Shown: positions 37,530-51,715 of the stretch, one piece after another
Layout of the letters: each line of letters opens with the position of its first letter
How positions within the stretch are numbered: the stretch's first letter is position 1
NCBI GenBank assembly: GCA_951406725.2
Contig: OX597821.1
Span: forward strand, 37,014,001 to 37,078,000
From: Octopus vulgaris
Taxonomy: Eukaryota
Reading direction: 5' to 3'
DNA length: 64,000 bases
Notes under the pieces: model-generated
Database searches by the model: none
What the model saw: only the letters and a program-made list of their open reading frames with translations
Told to the model about the DNA's origin: nothing
Position numbers and translations under genes: made by a program

Positions 37530-37632
37530 GTATATGTATATATATGTATATACATATATATGTATATGTATATATATGTATATACATATATATATGTATG
37601 TATATATATATGTGTGTGTATATATCTATCTA

Positions 37633-37669
<37 letters not shown>

Positions 37670-37950
37670 TAAATTAGAGATAAAACCACTATTAGGCAAA
37701 TCAAACAGTGAAAAACATAAACCAAAACATAAAAATAAATATAATTAATATAATATACAAAATATATAAAATATGAAATTCAAAATTTAAATTATTTAAA
37801 TTTTAAATTTTAAATTTATATTTATAAATTTTTATTTTTTATATATTTTATTTTTTTTATAAATTTTTTAAATATTAAACTTTTAATTTTTTTTTAATAA
37901 CTATCAAAAAGTATTAAAAAGTTTAATATAATATAAGTAATATAATAAGT
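37356..37950. repeat. Compound (TA)n microsatellite followed by an extremely AT-rich quasi-palindromic tract
   Basis: Direct reading. Confidence 0.85.
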
Positions 37951-37989
37951 AATAGCATGTATCCCTGCCCTGTAAAATTCTGTTGTCTG

Positions 37990-40900
37990 TTCTTTGAGCC
38001 ACTTCTTCACTACACTTTTCACTTCCTTTAGTCACAGACCTAAAGTGCACCAATAATTACTGCTTAAAGTCTAAAACTTTTGTCTGGATGGAGTAGCTGC
38101 AGCAGATTCTGTTCAACAAACAATTTCTCTTTTTCACTGATCTTTAACATGTTCACATCTACCAAGCAGCTTTCTTCTGCCCTATGTATGTCTCTTCTGT
38201 ATTTAACCATTTAAATTCTTCCTCTGAAGAAGGAGCTGGTTTCTAACAAAGATTCAAAGTCACATCTTCGAAATGTAGATAATGAAAGCAATGTCACATT
38301 TTAAACCTGAGAAAAGTCTTGCATAGTTTTACTGTTCTGATTACAGATTGTATTTATAATGTCTAAATCAGTCGGTTAATTTCTTTTTCCCTGAAAATCC
38401 AAACTTATCCAGACTGATAATTAGGCATTTACATACAAAACCAAGTGCTCCAATCATTATTGGTATAAAAGTAAATTTGTAATCCAGATTGAGAAGCTGA
38501 AGGTTTTGAAGCAGTTGTCTATAATTATCTTCTTTCTCTTAAATTTTCAGAGATATTCACATCAGCAGAACAGCTGACCTCTATGACGGTACATACTTTT
38601 CCTTGTCTGTCCCAAATGACAATATCTGGCCTGTTATGCTTACATTTGACAGATGTTTTGATGAGAATGTTCCACCAGTATTTCTTGTGCTGGTATTTTG
38701 ACAGTGTAAGCATCTCAAGAGAAAAGTTGGGTATAAAGGCATCAGATGTAATGCACAAGAGAGATGACTGTGTTGGTATGGTCATGTGATGTGTATGAAC
38801 AAGGACAGCTGCGTGAAGAAGTGCTGATCTTTAACTGTGGAGGGAATCTGTGAAAGATGTAAACCCAGGAAGATATGTGACAAAGTGGTGAAGCATGATC
38901 TTCAAATGTTGGGCCTCATGGAAGCAATGACAGATGACCAAGCGATATACCATGTTTGAGATGACTCATCAAGCTAAGTAAAATCACAATCACGGCTGAT
39001 GTCAGTGTGATGTAACTGGCACTCATGCTGGAGGCATGTGAAAAGCACCCTTTGAACTTTGGGCTTCACAGAGGCAGTGACAAGTGGCTGAGACCTTTGG
39101 CTAAATACTGTGCTTGAAAAGACCTGTCAAGCCAAGCGAGATCATAGTTATGGCTAATGTCAGTGTTTCGCAACTGACACCTATGCAGGTGGCATGTAAA
39201 AGCACCCATTACACTCTTGGAGTAGTTGGTGTTAGGAAGGGCATCAAAGTGTAGAAACCATGCCAAATCAGATTGGAACCTGGTGCAGCTCTCTAGCTTA
39301 CCAGTTTTCAGTCAAACTGTCCAACCTATGTCAGCATGGAAAACGGATGTTAAATGAGGATAATGCTGATGTATTCAATAACAGGGGAATTCTCTACATC
39401 TATTCCAGGACAGTTTTTTTTCTGTATGGCATTGTATATCATTTATGTGACAACAACATGTCACAAAGGAAGGTAGTACCTTGACATTTTTGGGCAACTG
39501 ATGATCACATGATGTCTTCCACAGAAATATGACATAATCTCTATTTACAGTTGCATCTTGGAACTCCAAGGACTACACTGTCTCTTTTGTTGAATAGGTA
39601 TTTAGTAGCAATCTCCTGTTCTTGGATTACAAATGCATAGCCTTCAAAGTGTGGTGTGGTGTAGTGGTCAAAAGTCCAAGAGAGGCTTTGCTTCACGTCA
39701 ATGTTACTATCATTTTCAAGTCTATGAGAAACATACCCATGCATGGTCTTTTTTTGGTATGCTGAGTGTTTCACTTCCAGGTCTTCTTGAAGATATGCTA
39801 GTCCGGTTGATTTGGGGTTGTATGGGAGATTACCAGGAAGAGAGTACTTTTTGAAGAGCTCACTTCTAATATGTAGGATATTATTTTCTTCACTTTTAAT
39901 GTTATTTTTGCTGCTGTTGTTTAGTAAGTGCTGTTTGAGAAAGACTATACAACATTTGAAGGCTGTCTGCATTGATCTCAAGCCCCTACCTCCTTTCTTT
40001 CTTCTAAGGCAAAGCCTGTTGATATTATTATTTTTGTGGAGATTTCCAGTTAATGTTGGAATCTTGCAGGTTTTAATGTCTGTGGAGTGGATTTCTTCGA
40101 CAGACCAGTCATGTATCCCAAATGTTGGAATCAACACTGGTACTGAAAATGCATTGTGGAATATTGTCATGTTGTAAGAGGAGAGTTTGGACTGCCATAT
40201 TTTTCTTAGTCTGGTGTAACATTCTTGGACCACTCTACCTTTATTTACAGTACCTTGGTATGATATATTTTCATCAATGCCTAGGTACTTGCAGCAGTCT
40301 TTGTGTGGGACAGTAGAGATAGTGAGACCATCAATGCACAGGTTCTGTGTCTGGGTGACTGATTTTCCCCATTCAACAATTAAATAAGAGCTTTTCTTCT
40401 GGCCAAATCCCATTCCTATGTCAGCTGAAAATGTTGTTATTAATTCTAGTTGTTTTTTGGCATTGTTAAAATTTTTAGTATAAATCTTAAGGTCACCTGC
40501 AATGAAATTATGGGTTACATTAGTATCTTTTGCAGCAGCAGACCCTAGCATTTAGCCATTTGTTTTTTGCAGCAAGAATGATAATGGGGTTAATACCAAA
40601 ATAAACAGAAGTACAGAGAGACTATGTTCTTGGAATATTCCCTTAGAAATATTTATGGCACTGGAGACAGTTGTTCCACTCTCTGTGTGAAGATTGTGGC
40701 CTGGATCTGTATGAGCCTCTCAATGACAGCAATTAAGGTAGCAGGCTCTTTTGCCAAATGGAGACACTTCAGCAGCCATGAATGGAATAGAGTTAAATGC
40801 CTTCCTATAATCAAGCCATACTGTTGTAAGATTCCTATGATGTCTTTTTTTTAAATCTCAGACAGTACATCTTTGTTTATCAGAGGTTGTTCAGCACATC

Positions 40901-41370
40901 CCCACACTCTCTTCTTTCCACCAGCCTGCTCATAAGTCACTATGTTGTTGGACTCACAATGGTCCTGGAGGAATTGGTTGAGGCAGCTTGTGTACAGTAA
41001 CATAATATTTAGGCAAGCAATGGGCTTGTAATTTTCAGGCAACTCAGTGGTTCAGTACTTGTTCATGCTATAGCAAGCCAATTTAGTATGTCAATAGTAC
41101 ATTTGAATATACTTATTAGTGGTTTCCTGTAAAATGTTAGCCCCTTATACCAATATCCAACTATTAAGTCCTTCTCAGGTGCCTTCCCATCATGCAGTTT
41201 GCCTACAGTTATGGTGAAAATTTTCAGGTCAATTGCATGTTTTACTGTTGATGTTGGTACAGTATTCTCTCTTTACTACATTTAGCCATGATGCACTGAA
41301 GTTGAGATTACTCTTTTTGTTCCAGATTTTCAACCAGAATGATTCTTAGAAATACTTTCTTTCCTCATCT
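37990..41370 (-). mobile_element. R4/Dong-clade RLE LINE remnant, antisense in dehydrogenase intron 3, interrupted by RTE/SINE pieces (~38700-39370)
   Basis: ENYKPIACLN, EQAGGKK..WGCAEQ, KYLGIDE and RKKGGRGLRS motifs; RPDIVIWDR..C.VIEVSC is the PD-(D/E)xK endonuclease. Confidence 0.82.
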
Positions 41371-41506
41371 CTTTATATACTGTCTGTGGGTATGTATGTA
41401 TGTGTGTGTGTGTGTGCATATGTGTGTATTTGTTTCTCATTAAATCTTCATTCTCTTCACATTCTGGTGTTCTAACAGTTCGAACTTATTTTTTCATTAT
41501 TTCCAG

Positions 41507-41730
41507 TTATTTCAAGTCTACGAATCATTAACACCGTAGCTGACACGAACCTCCAGCGAGTGTTGTCTTGTCATTTACATGCCATCTCTGCCAGATATCC
41601 AAAGTACAGGTATCGTGCTGGTTATGATGCCACCATTATCATTCCACTGTTACGAATGTTCCCTGTATGGCTGTCAGACAAGATTTTAACATATAATTAT
41701 GAAATACCTGCTGGAGTTAAAAAGCATTAG
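41507..41730 (+). CDS. SDR9C dehydrogenase terminal coding exon (not in the ORF track); total CDS 990 nt, 329 aa
   Basis: TTCCAG acceptor; translates to ...HAISARYPKYRYRAGYDA..FPVWLSDKIL..KKH*. TAG at 41728-41730 and AATAAA at 41736. Confidence 0.92.
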
Positions 41731-42091
41731 ACTGCAATAAAACATATATTATTTTAAAATATTTATTTCCTTTTCATTATTTACCTTTTACCAATTTTTA
41801 CAGGAAGATGTTTCATTTTTAACCGAAATTTTTCATTCATTGAGATTTGTAAATAAATTTAGACTTCTTTGTCATTGTCTACATGACATGTTTTGATCAA
41901 TTAAATATATCATAATATTTAAATACATTATAATAATGAAATACGTTATAATTATTAAATATATAATGACAATGAAGTTTTAATGTCATAATGCAGCAGA
42001 GAAATGATTAAAGAACAATATTTGGTAGATTATTAAAATGGCCATTTATTAAGATTGATTATAATATTAATTGCTACAATATAAAATTAAT

Positions 42092-42305
42092 CCTTTCTAC
42101 TATAGGCACAAGGCCTGAAATTTTGAGGGAAGGGGCAAGTTGATTACATTAACCCCAGTACTCAACTGGTACTTAATTTATCAACCCTGAAAGGAGGAAA
42201 GATAGAGTCGACCTCAGCGGAATTTGAACTCAGAACATAGCAGCAGACGAAATACCGCTAAGCATTTCACCTGGTGTACTAACAATTCTGTCAGCTCACC
42301 ACCTT
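42092..42305 (-). mobile_element. tRNA-derived SINE with TSD
   Basis: 17-bp TSD tacaatataaaattaat (42075-42091 and 42306-42322); same family as 31774. Confidence 0.85.
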
Positions 42306-42795
42306 TACAATATAAAATTAATAACATTGTCATGTTGTGTATACACAAGTTATTTGTTTGTTGCAGTAAATATTTTCTGAAGGTTCATTGTGTATGTTAG
42401 TAGTTTCTCTGCAACTACAACAGAGAAAGACATAATAGTTGTCTCTATAATTTGAGAGGGTCATAATTCTATTCTCACACATCACTGTTTGACTAGGGAC
42501 TGGTTGAGGCTCTTGATCTGGCGTGGCATTTACCAAAAAGAGAGATAGCTATTTGCTTGTATTTTTATAAACCAGGTCAAACTAAAACAATAGATTTTTC
42601 CAGTATTATCTGTCTTGACCCTTCCACAACCAGAGAAAGTTAATGATATTTCTGAGTGCAGAGGCAAGAAAACAATGGGTTTAAGGTTTGCTTAACAATG
42701 TTGAGAAATGGGGATGGTTTTGAATTTGTAGCTGTTCACTACAAATACATAATAATAATTCAATACATTGCAATAATTAAATACATCGTCAATAA

Positions 42796-44085
42796 CACTG
42801 GCCAACAAATTCTAACTTTTCTTCTGCTGACCTAAGTTTGAGACCTGTTTTGAGGTAATTTGGGTCAATGAGTTTAAAAAGGGCAATAGTTTTTTTCTAT
42901 CATGTCTAGTTTTTTTTTCTATGAGTTGGCCCATATTGGCCCCACTCGTAGCTCTATGTTTGAAATGTTTAAATTCTGCTGACTCTTTTTGTTATATATG
43001 TGGGTGTTTTATAGTACCAAGTCAAAGAATGGACATTAGTGACATTGTGAAAAGATCCTACTTAGCTTACTTAAAGATTAAAGTTGGTGATCAGGATAAA
43101 TTGTGGGCCCACACAGTGTATGTAAACCCTATGTCGAAAATCTCTGCCAATGGACAAAGGGCACAAGGAAACAACTAACATTTGGCATTCCTATGATATA
43201 GTGGGAGCCAAAGAACCATATAAACGATTGCAACTTTTGTCTCACAAAGACTTATTATTATAGCAAGAGGATGTTGCAGAAAATAAGTTACCCAAATTTG
43301 GATTCAGCAATTCATCCAGTACTTCACTTAGATGAAATACCAATACCTGTTTTCAAGGATCTACCTTCACTGCAAGGTGAAAGTGAGAGATGTAAAGTAG
43401 ATATAAATCATGAACATGACAGTGATATAGACTTTGTAGAAACATCAGCCAAAGAACGTGAAAACTTCAACCAGGCAGAATTTAATGATTTAGTTAGAGA
43501 CCTAGGACTGTCAAAAGAGTTATCAGAACTGTTAGCTTCTAGGCATAAAGAGAAGAATTTGATGCAGAAAGAAACAAACATGACTTTTTATCAGAACAAG
43601 GAAAAAAATGATCCCTTGGTATTCTTTACAACTGGAAAAGATTTTGTTTACTGTTGTGATGTGGCAGGACTGATAAACATGATGGGTGTTGAACAATATG
43701 ATCCTAGTGAATGGAGACTCTTTATAGATAGTTCAAAGAAGAACCTAAAATGTGTATTACTCTATAATGGAAACTTGTTTGATGCACTTCCTATTGATCA
43801 GTCTGTACACTTAAAAGAGAATTATGATCACATAAAAGTTGTAATAGATTTACTTAAGTATGATGAACACAAATGGGTCATATGTGTGGATCTAAAAGAT
43901 GGTCGGCATTTTACTTGGCCAACAAGGAGGGTATACAAAATATCCATGTTTCTGGGATAGCCAAACAAGAGTTAAAACTTTGGGAACAGAAACTCTGGCC
44001 AGTTAGGAAATGTATGACTGTTGGGGAGAAGAATATCATACACCAACCACTTGTTGAGCAAGAGAAAATAATCTTTCTAGAGAAT
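42796..44085 (+). mobile_element. Chapaev3 (CMC) DNA transposon 5' part, pseudogenised transposase
   Basis: Terminus TAA|CACTGG; DSFCYICG, GDQDK.WA, EPKNH.NDC.FC, NDLVRDLGLSKE, WRLFIDSSK.NLKCVLLYNGN and ICVDLK motifs. Family name from recall. Confidence 0.7.
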
Positions 44086-44090
44086 TAGTC

Positions 44091-44268
44091 GTTGTTTGTC
44101 AACAACAACTATTGGCGGTGTATTTTTCGTTTGTCACTGTTATTTATGACATCGTTCGTACGTTTGTACTGGTTTTAGCTTTAAGGTTTTAGGGTTAGGG
44201 TTAGGGTTGTCACAAATAACAGTGACAAACGAAAAATACATCGCCGGAAGTTCTTGTTGACAAACAAC
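44091..44268. repeat. ~61-bp inverted repeat enclosing (TTAGGG)3
   Basis: Arms 44091-44151 and 44208-44268 are near-perfect reverse complements; the loop contains ttagggttagggttaggg. Confidence 0.85.
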
Positions 44269-46182
44269 CGCAGTAATTTTATTCAGCTGAATACACGTCA
44301 TTGATTGGCTGAAATTACCAAAATAGGACTATTTTAACGTGAAATTACTTCGTAAATATAAGTTTTTCTCAAAAATGCTAAGAGTAAAAGATGTTTTATA
44401 TGACACATTCTACCAGTGTTATTTTTTAAATCTGTAGGTCAAAAGGTAAAAATCCAATTCAAATTTTAATTTCAAATTCTTAATGAAAAATTCCGACCCA
44501 AAACTCCCTCCCCTACATCCCGCTGAAAAATGAAGTGGGGTTGGGGATTGAAATTTTGAAAATTCTTTTTTCAGAATCGCATCCTCCATAACCAAAAACG
44601 TGGGATTCATTCCCGAAAGTTATGACGGAAAAATGGGATCTTGTGAATTTTCCGAAAGTCCTCTTCCCACCTCCAGGTTCATTTGCGTAAATGTTTTTGT
44701 CATATTCGCTTTTTACACAGTTGTTAACACCAGCAGGCCCATTTTTTTGTTATTGTTTTCGTTAACGTGTCCCAAACTTTATAGTGACCATCTTTTAAGT
44801 TTGAGCTGCAAGTTTATTATTTTGAGAAATATTTAATTTGTAAATCTGCTATTTATCGCATTAAATGCAAATTGAATGCTTATAATTACAAAATATGTGC
44901 TATTCTCTCGGCTTTTTTTTTTTTTTGTCATTGAGGTAGTTGTGAGATGTGTTAAAAATAACAGCTAAATAGGCCTCGCGTGTAGAATGCAAATTCGCAA
45001 AAAATTTCTGAAAATTCCCCTAAAATCAAAAAGTTACGAGGAGTAATATGTCGTGCGTAATTCATTTGTTTATGGTTTCATATAAAAATGCAAGTACTAT
45101 TTTCAGGATGTTGACAAAATGTGCAGTCACGCACAAAATGCCAGCTTCCAAATTTTTCAATAAACTTCGATTTTTGAAATCTTGGCAGCCAAACAGAAGA
45201 GATCCCAAAATGAAAATTTCCTGAGATACCGGCATAATTTTACAAAAAATAAACACACATAAAGTTGTTGGTATGGCTCTTTGATATTTTATCAAAAATA
45301 TTCATTAAACTATTCCATAACCGAAAGGGGTGACAACTCCCAATTATTTTTTCTCAACTATAATCTACATTATAGAAACGTATGAGGGAAATCAAGTCAA
45401 GGTGCGTGGATTATATGAAACTCCCATTCTCCTTCACCCCGAAAGAGTTTTTCACAACGAATTCCGATATAATTTTAATGTATATGAAACGTATTTGTAA
45501 AATATCTCATAAAAGATAACCATTTTTCAGAAAATTATGAGGAAACAACATTAAGAGAAAGCTCGCTTATCTAGTTATGCTTGTTTTTATTGGTAATATA
45601 ACAGTGTCAACAAACAAGAAAATTTGATTCAACACAGGGTCTCTTATTAAATGTGGAAATTTGGTTTAGATCAGGTCTTAGTGATGATTAAACAACATCC
45701 TGTACAACATTCTCAAGTAATTAGAGGTGAGTCTTTCATATATAATTAACGTCATCCCTCCCCCTCATCACTGAATTTGTAAACAGTGCAGTTATATTTT
45801 TACAATTTCGCTGCACTGTTAATACTAATTAATCAACTCCTGTAATTAACATAAGAAACTATTTATTAATTAGAACAAAATACAGAAATCTTGTAAGAAA
45901 TGTTTGTTCAATCACTCTACATCTCTCATTATTTCATCTTAAATGTGTAATTATGTATCCTCTTGCATATATTTACTTTTCTTCTCCATCTGTACCATTC
46001 CTACATCTAACTAGACCGTTTTTTCCCTTTTCTCTTAATTTTTTTATTCTGTTATAATTGCTTTCTTTTAATCCTAGACCATAGCTGGTTCTATGATAAA
46101 AACTTTCAGTTTTTAGAATCTAAATAAAAACCTGTTAATTTGTGTTCCAAACAAGCTAAATAATGACTAAAATATTTGGGCA

Positions 46183-47962
46183 TAACTCCAGATTTCTGCC
46201 CCGCCCCGACTTTGGATGATCATAACTTTCAGAAAAATGGATTTTTTTTAATGAAATTTTCTACGAATATGTGTTATGTAGATTGCGAATATACAACATT
46301 TTGGTTAACCTCCAGTGTTTGACCCGAGCAAAAAAAAAAAATGAAAAAAAAATGTGTAATAGATAGGTGTAAAACAACATGTAGTAAACGAATATGAAAA
46401 AAATGCGCCCTGGCGAACGGAAGGTGGGGGAGAGAGAGAACTCGAAAAATTCACTTGCCCATGATGCCATGCAGTGGGACTGAACCCGGGTTGGGATCGT
46501 GTGAATTGTCCTGGTCCTCCCCCGTTCGCCAGCAAGTGTCTTCAACTATAGCCTCGGGCCGACCGATGCGTCCTGGAGGCCGAAGGTGGCATTTCAGAGG
46601 GAAAATTATCTATGCTATAAACGATTATGAAAACAAAAATTTGCGCACAATATTTTTTCGGTTCTGCAGAAACAGTTACAGCGTAGGTGTTTGTAAGCCA
46701 TTCAAGAACTCACACATACACACAAAACCGTTACTTTCACTGCAACATTTAAATTTCATTTGTGATGGGGATTGACCAGGACATTTCATACGATCCGATT
46801 TTTTCCCTCAAGAAAATGGATATTCTTCCCAACCACACGGCTCCGGGTTCAGTCTTACTGCATGGCACCTTGGGCAAGTGAATTTTCCAAGTCCTCTCTC
46901 CTCACCCTACGTTCGCCAGCGTGCATTTTTGTTTTCATATCTGTTTACTACATGTTGTTTCACACCTATTACACTATTTTTTTTCATTTCTTTGCTCGGA
47001 TGGAAAATTCACCAGAGTCCACTTCAGTTCATCTTAACTTTCAAGAAAAATGGATATTTTATAATGAAATTCTCTACAAATATACTTCGGACTATGTAGA
47101 TAACGAGGACGTAGGAATTTTGGGGGTTATTTTTGAGAACCGTTCCCCACTCGCGGGTGTTTCTGAACAAGTCGTCCATATTTGTTTCAATTTCTCCGTT
47201 TTGTGCATCCGTAGATTTTTACGCCCCCCCCCCTCACACATGTATATATGTAACTTTAAAAAGTTCAAACGGGGGATTATTCCATTCAATACCATGTTTA
47301 TTATAGAGATTATGTAACAATTACTTTATACTTCTATATTTAACTGTGCGGGTGTATTCTTTATTTTTACTTCTGGTGTCTTCTGCCTTTCTATTTGAAA
47401 CGTTCACCTAGGAATTTATTTAAAGTAAAAAAAAAAAGGCGTATGCAACAGATAAGTCATCTTAATAACATTTCTGTGTACCAGACCTTTAACTGTTATT
47501 TTTAGCATAGACAGTTTTCTGGTGAGGGCTTCATCTGCCTTCATTGCCTGTTTGTTGCTTCAGTAGAAATCTACGGATGCACAAACGCACAAAACGGAGA
47601 AAATGAAACAAATATGGACGACTTGTTCCGAAACACCCCCGAGTGGGGAACGGTTCTCAAAAATAACCCCCAATTGTTTTTTCCCCAAATTCCTATGTCC
47701 TCGGATTCTACATAGCCCGAGGTATATTTGTTAAGAATTTCATTAAAAAAAATATCCATTTTCTTGAAAGTTAAGGCGAATTGAAATGGACTCCAGTGAA
47801 TTTTCCGAAATTCCCCACCCCAATCCCTCCTAAAACACTTTCTCCCAAACATTTTGTATATTCGGAATCTACATGATATGACACATATTCGTAGAAATAT
47901 CCATTTTTCTGAACGTTATCGTCCAAAGTCGGGGTGGGTGGGGGTGCAGAAATCTGTAGTTA
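46183..47962. mobile_element. Nested foldback/MITE complex with long inverted arms
   Basis: Reverse-complementary pairs: 46183-46303 with 47845-47962; 47001-47218 with 47568-47806; inner 46324-46490 with 46843-46999. Confidence 0.75.
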
Positions 47963-48213
47963 TTTGGCAAAATTAAAGATTACATACAGCCAGTGTTTAA
48001 GATTAGGGTTAGGGTTTTTGTTGGGCGAAAAACGGGTGGTGAACGTATTCTTTACATCCGCTAAATTTTTTACTAAATTCTTCATTATTTTCAAAAGCAG
48101 AAACACAGTAATGAAAGGGTTAAACGTCATAATTAATTTTTTTTTTTAGAAAATATATTTTATTTATAGGTAATTCTTTTGTCTGTTATTTGTATAACCT
48201 TTCAATGTTGCAG

Positions 48214-48307
48214 ACATGTTAAAGAGAAAGCCACTGCGACAATCAAGTTGCTCCCTATATTTTTTGAAGAATCAAAAGGTGTCCACCTTTAAATGATACA
48301 TGTGCAG
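48214..48307 (+). other. Candidate 5'-UTR exon of the ZNF gene
   Basis: GTTGCAG acceptor and strong CAG|GTGAGT donor. The downstream ZNF exon has an acceptor at 52861 that needs an upstream donor. Confidence 0.45.
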
Positions 48308-48324
48308 GTGAGTTAATACTACTA

Positions 48325-51300
48325 TAGCTTTGTTAAGCTATACGCAAACGAACTAGTGGAGACGAGAATACATTTACGAAAGGTTTATTACTTTACGTAC
48401 ATCAGGGCTTAAGTCGTCTGTTATTTCTGTTCAGTTCACTCAGATTTGTTTCACTCACGCTGTTGACATTCTTCTGTTTTCCTTCTCCTTCCGGAAGTCC
48501 TTTTGTTTTCCTGCTGATCAACTTTCTAGCTAGCCTGCAACGAAGTTTCTGTCTACAGTTCGTTTGTCACTAATTCTGCCCTACATAGTTCCCCACCAGA
48601 ACTGCAGACTGTCATTGGAAACAGGAAAGTGTTTTAATTGTCCTACCCCTGTGTGTGGTTACTCGATTCTTTAGTAACTGTTCCTTGTTAAGGGTTGGTG
48701 TGATTTGTCTAGGACGGCCCCTGTTTGGTGGTTGGGCCACCAGAACGGGGCAGTCAATATCGAGATGGGCCAGTTTCAATCTATTGATGGAGACCGTGTC
48801 TTGTCGTCTGCCAATTAAGAGTTGGAATGTTTTATCTTCCGGATGTATGGACTGCCGTAGGGTGACTGGAGGGGTTTTTGTCGTGTGTCACGTCGAACGA
48901 ACACAAAGTTAGCTGTGTGGAGATCATTTGTTATGGATGATCTGGGCCCATGCTGTCTCTCAGTTGAGTGAGGTACCTTTTGACACCAGGTCCGACTTTG
49001 TATTCGGAAGGAATTCTCCTGGCACTGTAAGGGGAGTACCATAAAACCATTTCTGAGGAAGAAGTGTTGAGATTTTCTTTTGGGGCAGTGCGGGTTCCCA
49101 GCATCACCCATGGGACTTGGTCGATCCAATTTGGCCCATTAAGTCTGGTTGTCAGTGATTCCTTCAGGCAGCAGTGAAATCTTTCCACTAATCCGTTAGC
49201 CTGTGGGTTGTAGGCTGTTGTGCGGTTCATTGTGATTCTGAAAAGACCACACATGTCATTCCACAGCTTTGAGGGGAATTGTGGACCCTGATTAGATGAT
49301 ATGCTATCTGGCACACCAAAACGGGTGACCCAGTTTGTGATGAAAGCTTGGCTGACTTCTTGTTTCTGTGCTGTGGAGAGGGATAGTTTCAGGCCAATGG
49401 GTGTAGCGGTCCACCAAGGTCAGTAGATACGAGCAACCTTGTGAAGGTGGTAGGGGGCCGACAAGGTTGATGTTGACGTGGCTGAATCGGGTGTGAGGTG
49501 GTTCATAGTTGCCAACGGTTGCTTTGGTGTGATGATCGACCTTGGCTTATTGACAGGGGTTGTAGGACCTGGTCCAGTCCCCAATTTGCTTGGCCATACC
49601 ATGCCAGATAAATTTGCTTGACAGCAGCCACTGTGTGGCTTTAGCACCTGGATGGGAAAGTCTATGAAAACTTTCTTGCGCCAGGCTGATGGGTTGATCG
49701 GCTGTGGCTTCCCAGTGGATACATCACACAGTAGGGTTGTGCCATTAGAGCCAAAGTGTACATCCTGCAAAGAAAGTGATGTGATGGCAGTGCGGTAGGC
49801 CCTGATCTCGTCATCTGTATGTTGGGTTGCAGCTTCGTAATTAAAGCCTTCCGTTATTAGTGCTAGGTAGGTGTGAGAGCGGGTAGGAGCACGAGAGAGT
49901 GCATCGGCTACTGGGTTGCCCTTGCTGGCTATGTGTTGGATGTCTGTGGTTTACTCAGAAATTGCTGATAGCTGTCTTTGTTGGCATGCAGACCAAGGCT
50001 CTGAGAGCTTGCTCATAGCAAAGGTGAGTGGTTTGCGATCCGTGAATACTGTAAGTGTGCAGCCTGCAAGGAGATACTGAAAGTGGCGGATGCCTAGATG
50101 GACAGCCAGTAGTTCCTTGTCAAAAGCACTGCATTTCTGTTTGGCTGAAGAAGGCGAGCGGTGGCCACTGACTGTTGATGTAGTGTTCCAAAACGCCCCT
50201 AATAGCTGTGTTGGATGCGTCAACTGTGAGTGCAGTCCAAGCTAACATGTGAAGATGGGACATCATGGTTGCTTTGGCCAGAGCTTGTTTTGTGGATTGG
50301 AAGGCTGAAGTCATTGTACTATCCCACTCCACCTGTCTTTTTGCACCTTCTTTTGACAGTGCTTTGTATAGGGGTCTCATCACTTTTGCTGCAGAAGGGA
50401 TGAAGCGATGGTAAAAAGTTTACCATGCCCACGAATTGATGTAGAACCTTGCTTGTGGTGGGGCATGAAAAGGATAGAGGTGTAGCACTGGCACTTGTGA
50501 TTCGATGTCCCAAGAAGTCGATTTCTGTTGCACCAAAAACACACTTGGTGGGGTTGATTACTAAACCATACCATTCCAGCCGATTAAAAAGAGTCACTAG
50601 GTGCTTCTTATGTAGCTCTGCATTTGGACTTGCAATAAGGATATTATCTAAAAATGCACACAGTGTCCATCAGGCATTAGAAGGATTGCACCACGTTTTT
50701 CAGCTCAAAGGGTGTACATAGGAATTCGTACCGACCGAAAGGAGTGATCACAGCAGTTTTTGGTACATTGTTGTCTTGTACTGGTATTTGGTGGTATTCC
50801 TGGATAAGGTCAACCTTGGAGAAACTGAGCACCCGGCTAACTGAGCTGAAAAATCTTGTATGTTTGGAAAGGGGTAGCGGTCAGGTGTCATATCCACGTT
50901 GAGACGGTGGTAATCTCTGCTGGATCGATAATCTCTGTTGGGTTTTGGAGGCCACATGCAGAGGTGATGACCAGGGACTGCTTGATCAGCGAACTATACC
51001 CAATACCTCCATATTCTTGAACTCGGTCTTTGCAATTGCAAATTTGTCTGGTGATAGACGATATGTGCAGCTGTGCACTGGGGGGGAGCGGTGGTATCAT
51101 CCCTGTGGGAAGGGGGGGGGGGGCTGTAGGCTTGGAGAATGTTCGAGTGGTGAATTTGGGGTGACTTACAAGAAGATCCAAAAATTCATTCTTGGTCCAC
51201 GAGATGGTTGCATGTACAGATGTTGCAAGAGGCATGGAAGCATATGTGTTGTTGTCTAGGAGTTGTCTTCCCTGCAAATCCACCAGTAGCAAGTGTGCGC

Positions 51301-51715
51301 GAAGAAAGTCTGCACCAATTATGGGCTGATGGATATCGGCGATGGTGAATGCCCATGTGTATTTTCATGATCCAATGTTGAAGGAAAGGGTGTGACGACC
51401 GTATGTCTCGATTGTGGACCCATTGGCAGCTGTTAAAGGTTGGTTCCGCTTTCCGTGACGGAGGTCCCTTGCCAATGCCATGATCACACTGACTTCTGCT
51501 CCTGTGTTGATAAGGAGCCTGCGTCTGGAGCTGTGATCGCGGACATAGAGGAGCATTTAGTCATGTCTGCCGGCCACCAGGGTGTTCATCAGTGGCCGGT
51601 CCTGGAGTTTCCCTGGGTCACTGGTGAAGGGGTCCTGAAGCTACATGGTTGTTTGCACTTTGTCGTCTTTTTTTTCCAAACTTTGCATGGTAGAAGCACA
51701 AGTCATCATGCTTAA
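48325..51715 (-). mobile_element. Gypsy LTR retrotransposon, degenerate gag-end/PR/RT/RH/IN plus 3' LTR (~48325-48585)
   Basis: PR LLINTGAEVSVI; RT DYHRLN..T.PDRYP.PNI and IDFLGH; RH FDKELLAVHLGIRHF; IN TTAYNPQANGLVERFH. PPT ctggtggggaacta abuts the TGTAG LTR start at 48585; AATAAA lies in the LTR. Confidence 0.9.

Noticed and set aside
38218-38285. Hammerhead (CTGAAGA...GAAATGTA)
   Set aside because: Stem I cannot form (cct versus gat), and the sequence looks like a retroelement 3' tail.
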